A DNA stretch of 53,485 nucleotides, taken from assembly GCA_045531285.1 (NCBI GenBank), contig JAZSDT010000176.1:1-53485 (forward strand), in the 5' to 3' direction. The notes beneath the pieces were generated by a model. The model had not been told where the DNA came from and searched no databases. It worked only from the letters and a program-made list of their open reading frames with translations. This DNA is from Eubacteriales bacterium (GTDB lineage: Bacteria; Bacillota; Clostridia; Oscillospirales; SIG627). The first letter of the stretch is position 1, and each line of letters opens with the position of its first letter. The position numbers and the translations under genes are program-made. Below are positions 28,970 to 37,220 of the stretch, in pieces.

Positions 28970-31528
28970 TTATTGCTTGGCTTCCAACCAATTTTTACCT
29001 ATTCCAACGTCTACAGAAAGCTTAACCAGCATATCCGCAACGCTCTCCATTTCTTCCTTGAGTAATTTCGCTGCATACTCTGCCTCGCTTTGAGGGGCTT
29101 CTATAATAAGCTCATCATGAACTTGAAGTATCAGCCTGCTTTTCAAGCCCTCTGCTTTCAATCTGCGGTCTGTTTTTACCATAGCCAACTTTATAAGGTC
29201 TGCCGCAGTGCCCTGAATGGGTGAATTTTTTGCCACCCTTTCGCCAAAAGCACGAAGCTGCTTCTTTGTGCCTGTAAGCTCGGGAATATAGCGTTTTCTG
29301 CCCCAAAGGGTAGTAACGTATCCCTTTTCAACAGCATCGGCAACAGTCTTGTCAAGATATTCCTTTACGTACGGGTAGGTGTTGAAGTAACCCGTAATAT
29401 AATCCTTAGCCTCCTTCATAGAAATATGAAGGTCTCCGGCAAGTGAAAATTCACCCATACCGTACACTATACCGAAATTAACTGCCTTGGCTCTGCTTCT
29501 TAATTCGTGAGTTACCTTGTCAAGAGGAACACCGAAAACCTGTGAAGCAGTAGCCGAATGTATGTCGGCACCGGAATTAAAGGCATCAATAAGATTCTTG
29601 TCCTGTGAAAGATGCGCAAGCACTCTCAGCTCAATCTGTGAGTAATCCGCATCTATTAGAACCATCGATTCTCCCGCAGTGAAAAACTCTCTCAAACGGC
29701 TTCCCTGCTCGGTTCTCACGGGAATATTCTGTAAATTAGGCTCTGCAGAGGACAATCTGCCGGTCTGTGTCTGCTTCTGGTTGAAGCTCGTCCTTATTCT
29801 GCCATCCGAATGAGTGACCTTGATAAGTCCTTCAATATACGTGCCGTAAAGCTTTGAAAGTCGGCGATATTCCAAAATATAATCTATAACAGGCGAATGG
29901 AATCTGAGCTTTTCGAGAGTCTCGGCATCGGTTGCATAGCCTGTTTTGTTCTTCTTAATAATTGGAAGAGACAGCTTTTCGTAGAGAATAACTCCTAATT
30001 GCTTTGGGGAATTAAGGTTGAATTTCTCGCCGCATATCGCCCATATGCTTTCCTCTGCTCTGTCCATCTGCTCTTTGAGCTGTACTCCGTAGGCTTCTAT
30101 TCCTTGTTTATCAACAGCAAATCCTCTCATTTCCATGCCTGCAAGAACTCTGGAAAGAGGCAATTCGGTCTCGTAATACAAATACGTCAGCTTTTCTTCT
30201 TCTATTCTTTTTGACAGCTCTTCAAAAAGCGGTGCAATAAGAGGAGCGCGTACCTCGGGAGAGGATTCTGCCGAAGGCGGAACGCTTTTTGACAGGTAGG
30301 TCATCACTATCCTCGAAAAATCTCCTCTGCTGTCGGGATTGTCCACGTAGGAGGCAAGCTGTACATCAAACGCTACAAGGCTTTCGTCAAGCTCTTCAAA
30401 AAGCTCTCCCGTTTTCAACCAAAAATCCTTAGAGTCAAACAGACACAAGCGTCTGGACGACAAAGCCTTTATGAGTGCTGAGCTGAGCGCACAGGAATAT
30501 ATCACACCGTCCTTGGCATAATAAAACGTATTCTCTATAAGGTCAAGGGGTACATTGTCAGAGGGAAGAAGCGCGAGAAATTCACTCTCGGTCACATCTC
30601 TTATATCTGCACTTTCCTCTTCTATCATATCAAAGCTGAGTTGCATTCCGTCAGGTTCTTTTTTTACAGGCTCGTCAAGACCGAAACGCGACATCATTTT
30701 TGTAAATTCAAGTTTTATAAAAAGCTCACGCAGTGCATTTGTGTCCTGCGTTGATATTTCGAGTGTATCGCAGTCGGGAAGGTCAGGTACGGTAAGACAT
30801 ATCTCTGCCAGCTTTCTTGACATCGTTGCCGATTCTCTTCCGTTCAAAAGCTTTGTTTTTACGCCCTCGGACAGCTTAATCGAGCCGCTGTCAAGACTTT
30901 CGTATATTCCCTCCAAGCTACCTGCTTCTAAAATCAGCTTTATTGCTGTTTTTTCACCTATTCCGGGGACACCCGGAATATTGTCCGACGAATCGCCTGC
31001 AAGGGCTTTTACGTCTATTAGCTTTTTGGGCGGGAGAGAATACTTTTCCTCAATTTCTTTTGGCGTGTAAACCGTGTCCTCGCCTGTTGAGGCAAGTATT
31101 ACGGTTGTTTTATCGGAGACCAACTGAAAGGAGTCACGGTCTCCCGTAACAATATAGCTTTCTCCGTCAAATTCCTTTGACAACGTACCAAGTATGTCGT
31201 CTGCCTCATAGCCTTCAAGGGAAACTGTTTTTATACCAAGTAAGGCTGTAACTTCCTTTATGATAGGTATCTGAGACAGCAATTCATCGGGAGTAGCGTG
31301 TCTGCCTGCCTTGTATTCATTATACATTTTATGGCGGAAGGTAGGCGCATTAAGGTCAAAGGCAACGGCGGCATAATCGGGCTTTATAGCATCAAGATGC
31401 TTTTTGAGTATATTAAGGTATCCGTACACAGCGTTGGTGTGTATGCCTGTTCTTGTAACCAAGGGTCTGACACCGTAAAACGCTCTGTTCATTATGCTGT
31501 TTCCGTCAACTATCAATAATTTTTTCAT
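28970..31528 (-). CDS. polA: DNA polymerase I
   Basis: LIVDGNS 5'-3' exonuclease domain, TGRLSSAEPNLQNIP, DADYSQIELRVLAH and LQVHDEL. Confidence 0.97.
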   Translation of the reverse strand: MKKLLIVDGNSIMNRAFYGVRPLVTRTGIHTNAVYGYLNILKKHLDAIKPDYAAVAFDLNAPTFRHKMYNEYKAGRHATPDELLSQIPIIKEVTALLGIKTVSLEGYEADDILGTLSKEFDGESYIVTGDRDSFQLVSDKTTVILASTGEDTVYTPKEIEEKYSLPPKKLIDVKALAGDSSDNIPGVPGIGEKTAIKLILEAGSLEGIYESLDSGSIKLSEGVKTKLLNGRESATMSRKLAEICLTVPDLPDCDTLEISTQDTNALRELFIKLEFTKMMSRFGLDEPVKKEPDGMQLSFDMIEEESADIRDVTESEFLALLPSDNVPLDLIENTFYYAKDGVIYSCALSSALIKALSSRRLCLFDSKDFWLKTGELFEELDESLVAFDVQLASYVDNPDSRGDFSRIVMTYLSKSVPPSAESSPEVRAPLIAPLFEELSKRIEEEKLTYLYYETELPLSRVLAGMEMRGFAVDKQGIEAYGVQLKEQMDRAEESIWAICGEKFNLNSPKQLGVILYEKLSLPIIKKNKTGYATDAETLEKLRFHSPVIDYILEYRRLSKLYGTYIEGLIKVTHSDGRIRTSFNQKQTQTGRLSSAEPNLQNIPVRTEQGSRLREFFTAGESMVLIDADYSQIELRVLAHLSQDKNLIDAFNSGADIHSATASQVFGVPLDKVTHELRSRAKAVNFGIVYGMGEFSLAGDLHISMKEAKDYITGYFNTYPYVKEYLDKTVADAVEKGYVTTLWGRKRYIPELTGTKKQLRAFGERVAKNSPIQGTAADLIKLAMVKTDRRLKAEGLKSRLILQVHDELIIEAPQSEAEYAAKLLKEEMESVADMLVKLSVDVGIGKNWLEAKQ

Positions 31529-31541
31529 AATATTACCTGTT

Positions 31542-32195
31542 CTAAATATTTTTTTCACGCAAGGGACAGGCTTCGCATTTCGGGGTTGGTGCTTTACAGT
31601 ATTCTCGTCCGAAAAGCACTATTCTGTGGCAGAAATCGGATTGCTCCTCTTGGGGTATAAGCTTTGACAGCTCCCTTTCACAGACAACGGGGTCGGTCTT
31701 TGAAACAAGACCCAGCTTATGTGTTATTCTTATACAGTGAGTGTCCGGAACAATTTTCGGCTGCCCGAAAACGTCGCCCAGCATAAGATTTGCTATCTTC
31801 ATACCGACTCCGGGAAGCTCTATCAAATCCTCGTATGTATCGGGCACTTTTCCGCCATATCTGTCAACCAGTACAACCGACATTGCTATAATACTTTCTG
31901 CCTTTGTTCTGAACAGTCCGCAAGGACGTATAATGTCTTCCACGTCCTTTTGCTCCGCTCTTGCAAGATCATATACTGTAGGGTATCGCTCAAATAACGG
32001 TTTTGACACCTCATTCACACGTTTATCCGTGCACTGTGCCGACAACCGCGCCATAACGATAAGACGGTATGGGTCACCTTCATATTCCAGTGCACAAAGA
32101 GCATCGGGATACAGCTCTTTTAAAAAGTCGGAAAACAACTTGGCACGCTGGACTTTTCTTCCCTTTATTGAGGGGCATTTTTGTTCTTTTGGCAC
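31542..32195 (-). CDS. nth: Endonuclease III
   Basis: LSAQCTD, HhH motif LPGVGMKIAN, VPDTH and a partial Cys cluster. Probable start is GTG 32195 after AGGAGG. Confidence 0.9.
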   Translation of the reverse strand: MPKEQKCPSIKGRKVQRAKLFSDFLKELYPDALCALEYEGDPYRLIVMARLSAQCTDKRVNEVSKPLFERYPTVYDLARAEQKDVEDIIRPCGLFRTKAESIIAMSVVLVDRYGGKVPDTYEDLIELPGVGMKIANLMLGDVFGQPKIVPDTHCIRITHKLGLVSKTDPVVCERELSKLIPQEEQSDFCHRIVLFGREYCKAPTPKCEACPLREKNI

Positions 32196-32983
32196 AGCTG
32201 TATATTCCTCCTCACAACAGCCTCTCCCCTCCATGCATATGCACGTCGCGAAAAGCTGTTATCCTCTGTCATTTTATCAATTAATTCCATGGTAAGATAG
32301 GGAGTTCGGTTTTTTCTAAAAAACTCTATTTCTGTCTCCTCGGCATTTTTGTTGGCAGGGCACACTGTCTGACATACGTCGCAGCCCCACACCAAGCCCG
32401 AGCCAACTATTGTTTCCTCATCTAAGTCATCAAGCTTCTTCTTTTGGTTGATAAACGAAACGCATTTTGTTTTATCGCAAAGAGCATTTGTGGGACAGGC
32501 TCTTTCACACGCGCCACACATACGACAAAAATGTCCTTTGTCGCGCTTGACTATACCTTCAAAAACAGGGTGGTCAGACGGAACGTTGAAAAACACCTCG
32601 GCAACAAAAACATACGTGCCGTATCTTGGGTTTATAAGCAATCCGTTTTTTCCAATAGAACCCAAGCCCGCCTTGACAGCACATTCTACCTCGTTTATAG
32701 GTGATACGTCACATGCCGCAGAGATATTTTCAAAGTTAGCTGTCAGCCTTTCTAAAAGCTCTTTGAAATAATAGTGGTAATCTTCAGCATGAGCATATAC
32801 GGAAATGTTGGATTTCTCGTCGCTTTTAACAAAATAAGGTATGAGAAAGGGGACGACGGTTTGACAGCCCTTGCCGTCAAACATTCGTCCTGCCCGTCCG
32901 GTGTCAATAACCGTCACCTCATCAAAGGGAAGTATTGAATACTCATATATTTTTTCTTGGAGAAAAAAATCCTTTAATTTCAT
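32165..32983 (-). CDS. queG: Epoxyqueuosine reductase QueG-like Fe-S protein
   Basis: ISVYA...DYH, AGLGSIGKNGL, CRMCGACERACPT and WGCDVCQTVCP.N. Confidence 0.8.
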   Translation of the reverse strand: MKLKDFFLQEKIYEYSILPFDEVTVIDTGRAGRMFDGKGCQTVVPFLIPYFVKSDEKSNISVYAHAEDYHYYFKELLERLTANFENISAACDVSPINEVECAVKAGLGSIGKNGLLINPRYGTYVFVAEVFFNVPSDHPVFEGIVKRDKGHFCRMCGACERACPTNALCDKTKCVSFINQKKKLDDLDEETIVGSGLVWGCDVCQTVCPANKNAEETEIEFFRKNRTPYLTMELIDKMTEDNSFSRRAYAWRGEAVVRRNIQLCQKNKNAPQ

Positions 32984-32989
32984 AGGGAA

Positions 32990-33427
32990 TTATTCGTCCT
33001 GATGCTTGCCGCAATGACAGCAATCTCCGTCACAGAACTTGGACTTATCGTATTCAATGCCGTTCTTCTCGTAATAGTCTTTTACAGCCGCCTTTACCGC
33101 TTCCTCTGCAAGAACAGAGCAATGCACCTTGTGCGAGGGGAGTCCGTCAAGAGCTTCTACAACAGCCTTGTTTGTCAGCTCAAGGGCATCCTCTATGCTC
33201 TTACCCTTTATCATTTCGGTTGCCATGGAGCTTGACGCAATCGCCGAGCCACATCCGAAGGTCTTGAATTTTACGTCTGTTATTATTCCATCGTCTACCT
33301 TGATATAAATTTTCATTATATCTCCGCATTTTACGTTGCCGACTTCGCCTATTCCGTCAGCATTTTCGATTTCTCCAACGTTTCTGGGGTTTTTAAAATG
33401 GTCCATTACCTTTTCGCTATATAACAT
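32990..33427 (-). CDS. iscU: Fe-S cluster scaffold IscU/NifU
   Basis: YSEKVMDHFKNPRNVG, CGDIM, FGCGSAIASSS and KVHCSVLA. Confidence 0.95.
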   Translation of the reverse strand: MLYSEKVMDHFKNPRNVGEIENADGIGEVGNVKCGDIMKIYIKVDDGIITDVKFKTFGCGSAIASSSMATEMIKGKSIEDALELTNKAVVEALDGLPSHKVHCSVLAEEAVKAAVKDYYEKNGIEYDKSKFCDGDCCHCGKHQDE

Positions 33428-33448
33428 TTTTTGCTCCTTTAATCTGTT

Positions 33449-34636
33449 TTAAAGTATATATTCTCTCTTGCCTGTCACAAGCTCTTCCCATACGGGAGAC
33501 ATCTGTCTAAGATATTCCACAACCTCGGTTACAGATTCAATAATATAATCGATTTCTTCCGCAGTATTTTCCTCTGTTATGGTAAGTCTCAGAGAGCCGT
33601 GGGCAACGTCGTGAGGCAAGCCTATGGAAAGAAGTACGTGGCTGGGGTCAAGAGAGCCTGACGTACAAGCCGAACCGGAGGAAGCCTCGATGCCCTTCTC
33701 GTCAAGAAGAAGCAGCAAGCTTTCGCCCTCTATTCCCTCAAAGCATATATTCACGTTTCCGGGCAATCTGTTTTCTTTATCTCCGTTTATTTTGGAGTGA
33801 GGTATTTTCTCAAGACCTTCCATAAGTCTGTTTCTGAGAGGAATAAGAATTTGTGAGTTGCGCAATGAATTTTCTACAGCCTCTTCAAGTGCGGCTGCCA
33901 TTCCCGCAATACCTGGCAGGTTTTCTGTTCCTGCACGCTTGCCTCTCTCCTGTGCACCGCCCTCTATAAGCGTACGGAGAACAATTCCCTTTTTGCAGTA
34001 GAGGAAGCCGACGCCCTTAGGTCCGTGAAACTTGTGAGCCGAAACAGAAAGCATATCTACGTTCAATTCTTCTACGTCTATTTTCAGATGTCCTGCCGCC
34101 TGAACCGCATCCGTGTGGAAAAGGACACCTTTTTCGCGGCAGATTTTGCCTATTTGGGCAATAGGCTGAATGGTGCCTATTTCGTTGTTAGCAAACATTA
34201 CGGTAACAAGAGCTGTGTCCTCTCTTATTGCCTTTTCAATATCGCAAGCCTTAACCACACCGTTTTCATTTACGTCAACAAGTGTTATTTCAAAGCCTTC
34301 TTTTTCGAGCTTATTTAACGTATGAAGCACTGCGTGGTGCTCAAACTTTGTTGAAATGATGTGCTTTTTGCCCTTCTTTTCTCCTATTTTTGCACCTGTG
34401 ATGATAGCTTGGTTATCAGCTTCGCTTCCGCCGGAGGTGAAAAATATTTCACGTGGCATAGCACCGATAAGCTCCGCTATTTTCTCTCTCGAACGTGCAA
34501 GCGCCTCGGCGGCTATCTGTCCCGTCGTGTTAAGAGAGGAAGGATTTCCGTATATTTCTTCAAAATATGGGAGCATGGCATTAATTGCAGTTTTGCTCAT
34601 TTTTGTTGTTGCTGCATTATCCGCATATATTCTCAT
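33449..34636 (-). CDS. iscS: Cysteine desulfurase IscS/NifS
   Basis: [23 protein letters not shown] and SSGSACTS. Confidence 0.96.
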   Translation of the reverse strand: MRIYADNAATTKMSKTAINAMLPYFEEIYGNPSSLNTTGQIAAEALARSREKIAELIGAMPREIFFTSGGSEADNQAIITGAKIGEKKGKKHIISTKFEHHAVLHTLNKLEKEGFEITLVDVNENGVVKACDIEKAIREDTALVTVMFANNEIGTIQPIAQIGKICREKGVLFHTDAVQAAGHLKIDVEELNVDMLSVSAHKFHGPKGVGFLYCKKGIVLRTLIEGGAQERGKRAGTENLPGIAGMAAALEEAVENSLRNSQILIPLRNRLMEGLEKIPHSKINGDKENRLPGNVNICFEGIEGESLLLLLDEKGIEASSGSACTSGSLDPSHVLLSIGLPHDVAHGSLRLTITEENTAEEIDYIIESVTEVVEYLRQMSPVWEELVTGKREYIL

Positions 34637-35066
34637 GTTTTTGTCCTTCTTTGTTTAATGTTCTTTCCTGATTTACTACGTCTTCAAGAGTGGTGCCGTC
34701 AATATATTCGTTTATTACCTTGTTAAGACCCTCCCAAAAGAAAAGAGTGGGACAGCGGCAGCTCTGTGTACATTGATTAGGAGAATCCTCCACACAGGAT
34801 ATGGGGGCAAGGGAGCCCTCGGTAGCTCTGAGTATTTCTCCGACTGTATATTCCGACGGCGGACGCGAAAGCTTGTAGCCTCCGCTTTTTCCTCTGGTGC
34901 TTTTTATCATTTTGGCTGACATGAGCATGGTTATCATCTGTTCCAGGTATTTGGCAGACAAGCCCTGTCTGTCGGCAATTCCCTTAAGAGACATATATTC
35001 CCCCTCGTTCATAGCCAAATCAAGCATTATTTTAAGAGCATATCGCCCTCTTGTTGATATTCTCAA
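34617..35066 (-). CDS. iscR: Rrf2 family regulator (IscR/CymR-like)
   Basis: [16 protein letters not shown] and a C-terminal Cys cluster. It is the first gene of the isc operon, with a TTG start. Confidence 0.85.
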   Translation of the reverse strand: MRISTRGRYALKIMLDLAMNEGEYMSLKGIADRQGLSAKYLEQMITMLMSAKMIKSTRGKSGGYKLSRPPSEYTVGEILRATEGSLAPISCVEDSPNQCTQSCRCPTLFFWEGLNKVINEYIDGTTLEDVVNQERTLNKEGQKHENICG

Positions 35067-35089
35067 TACATCACTTCCTTGTACGCCGT

Positions 35090-35118
35090 ATTATACCATA
35101 GGTTTAGTAGGAATTCAA
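35090..35118 (-). promoter_or_regulatory. Sigma-A promoter of the isc operon with a candidate Rrf2 operator in the spacer
   Basis: Minus strand TTGAAT-17 nt-TATAAT. The imperfect palindrome ATTCCTAC-TAAAC-CTATGGTAT overlaps it. Confidence 0.65.
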
Positions 35119-35207
35119 TAGCTTTATAAATATTTTCACAAAAAAGCTAGACTTTTATGTAAAAAGATAGTATAATCTACTTGTTCTACACAGAAAGGAA
35201 ACCGTCA

Positions 35208-35831
35208 ATGAATATAAATATACCCGAAAAACAAAGACAGGAATTCGACAGAGCGGCAAACTATGCCGTTGAACACCAAACCTTTACTCCTTCAGAGCTT
35301 GCCGTACATCTAAACACAGGGGTTTTTGTAGCTTCTATTATGGTTGGATATATGGAAAAAGCTTCTCTTGTAACAAGGGGCAAGGGAGATGACGTAAGAC
35401 GCGCCAAGATAACTTCCGAGGAGTGGGATGCAATAGACAGAAAAATAGAAAACTACGTGCCTGCTCCCGAGCCGGAACCCGAAACCTTTGTAGCACAACC
35501 CGAGGATAATACGGAAATAGATATAACGGATATTATACCCGAAAAAATACCATTCATCAAAAAATATCTTTCCGCCGGAGAAGGTTTTATCACCATCACC
35601 GAAAATGACGTCAGCACAGCCATTGCAACGGAGGATATTTCCACTGTCTTTCTTCACAAGGGCGGCTTCTGGCGCAAGGGCACGTTGACCCTTTCTTCGG
35701 ATTCACAGCTTCCCGTAAAAGCAAAGCTGAGAGCCGATACAGTATGCTTCAAAAAGAAGGACTACCCGACGGTAAAGAAGCTTGCCATAGATTTATGTGA
35801 CAGACTTGGAATTAATTTAGTTGAAATATAA
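35208..35831 (+). CDS. Hypothetical protein: FtsK-gamma-like winged helix plus C-terminal beta-rich domain
   Basis: FDRAANYAVE...ELAVHLNTG...YMEKASLV...RRAKITSEEW aligns by eye with the FtsK gamma domain. ATG 35208 follows GAAAGGA. Confidence 0.55.
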   Translation: MNINIPEKQRQEFDRAANYAVEHQTFTPSELAVHLNTGVFVASIMVGYMEKASLVTRGKGDDVRRAKITSEEWDAIDRKIENYVPAPEPEPETFVAQPEDNTEIDITDIIPEKIPFIKKYLSAGEGFITITENDVSTAIATEDISTVFLHKGGFWRKGTLTLSSDSQLPVKAKLRADTVCFKKKDYPTVKKLAIDLCDRLGINLVEI

Positions 35832-35841
35832 GGAGAACACC

Positions 35842-36750
35842 ATGGACGGAAGAATATCTAATTTCAGACAAATAGCATCCATTCAGCGATACACAATAAC
35901 GGAAGGACGCGAAAAAGGTCTTGACGTAATAGACTGCAACAACGGAAAGCTCCGATTTTTACTCAACGTGACCAAGGCGCTTGACGTTATGCAGCTGTGG
36001 CACGAGGGACAGAATATGTCCTTTGTTTCAAAGAATGCATTTACCGCCAGAGAAATCGATTTTCTCAACCGTTTTGAAGGCGGAATGATATACACCTGCG
36101 GTCTTGACAATATGGGCAGAAGAGACGGCTATATACTTCACGGTACACATCACAACCAAAATGCCGAAATAATACACGCGGAATGCAACGAGGACGGAAT
36201 CACAGTTGAAGCTATTGTCAGGGAAACAGCACTCTTCGGGCAGAATCTTGTGTTCAGAAGAAAAGTTTTCACAGCAATTGAGTCGGGCAGTGTATCAATT
36301 GAGGATACAATAGAAAACGCAGGGCACTCCGAAGCAAGCTACGGCATTCTCTATCATATAAACCTTGGTTATCCCATGCTTGACAAGGATACAAAAATAG
36401 TTGCGGATTGCGAAGCCATAAATGCAAGAACACAGTTTGCAACAGATAATATAGACAGTGCCTTCAATATGACGGATTCTGTTGTGGGGCAGGATGAGAT
36501 GTGCTACTATCTCACCCTTAATAAGCCCAAAATTTCCCTTGTAAACGAAAAGATTGGAAAGTCGTTCACCGTTGCTTACTCAAAGGAAACGCTTCCCTAC
36601 TTTCTCGAATGGAAGAGTATGGCAAGCGGAGACTATGCACTGGGTCTTGAGCCTACCACCAGCATATTGGATGATGAGTTCAAGTACAAAACGCTTGCTC
36701 CCAACGAAAAGAAAACGTTTAATATAACCCTCTCGGTAAACAAAAGATAA
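35842..36750 (+). CDS. Aldose 1-epimerase-like protein (DUF4432 family)
   Basis: FEGGMIYTCGL, LHG, LYHINLGYP and YALGLEP. Confidence 0.82.
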   Translation: MDGRISNFRQIASIQRYTITEGREKGLDVIDCNNGKLRFLLNVTKALDVMQLWHEGQNMSFVSKNAFTAREIDFLNRFEGGMIYTCGLDNMGRRDGYILHGTHHNQNAEIIHAECNEDGITVEAIVRETALFGQNLVFRRKVFTAIESGSVSIEDTIENAGHSEASYGILYHINLGYPMLDKDTKIVADCEAINARTQFATDNIDSAFNMTDSVVGQDEMCYYLTLNKPKISLVNEKIGKSFTVAYSKETLPYFLEWKSMASGDYALGLEPTTSILDDEFKYKTLAPNEKKTFNITLSVNKR

Positions 36751-36753
36751 AAA

Positions 36754-36982
36754 GCGGAGAACCTCCGCTGGCAACGCTCGCCTATCGCAACCTTCGGGTA
36801 TACCTACAATGCAAAACGGCGAGGTTGGTTTAATGCAATTTCCTAGTATATAAAAAAGCGGCTAGCAGCCGCTGGCAATGCTCGCCTATCGTAACTTTTG
36901 AGTATAGCCCTACAACGTAAAACGGCGAGGTTGGTTTAATGCAATTTCCTAGTATATAAAAAAGAAAAGAGCCTCCGCAGGT
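36754..36982 (+). repeat. Tandem repeat copies G (36754) and H (36858) plus a truncated head (36964)
   Basis: Two full units with periods of 104 and 106 bp and variable segments of 26 and 28 nt, then AGAGCCTCCGCAGG. Starts 3 nt after the epimerase stop. Confidence 0.93.
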
Positions 36983-37002
36983 GTATTACCTGCAGAGGCT
37001 CT
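36968..37002. terminator. Central hairpin formed by two facing repeat heads, probable bidirectional terminator
   Basis: AGAGCCTCCGCAGGT-GTATT-ACCTGCAGAGGCTCT with 14 of 15 positions paired, flanked by A- and T-rich tracts. Confidence 0.7.
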
Positions 37003-37220
37003 CTGCTTTTTCTTTATAGAAGTTTTCTCAACAATTATACCCTCGCCATTTTGATTTGTTTGAATGAACACATTGCTTTGGATAGGCGAGAATTGCTTGC
37101 GGAGGCTCTCCGCTTTTTCTTTATAGAAGTTTTCTCAACAATTATACCCTCGCCGTTTTGATTTGTTTGAATGAACACATTGCTTTGGATAGGCGAGAAT
37201 TGCCTGCGGAGGCTCTCCGC
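36988..37220 (-). repeat. Tandem repeat copies J (37220) and I (37113) plus a truncated head (37006)
   Basis: Exact 107-bp period. I and J differ at only 2 positions seen. Starts at the first base after the stop of the 1588-aa ORF. Confidence 0.93.

Noticed and set aside
30200-30700. Degenerate 3'-5' exonuclease region of Pol I
   Set aside because: Loss of proofreading motifs is normal for Firmicute Pol I.
36754-37220. CRISPR array interpretation of the tandem repeat/variable pattern (also 42091-42350)
   Set aside because: The constant part is ~78 bp, adjacent variable segments are identical or related, copies are dispersed in both orientations, and no cas genes are present.
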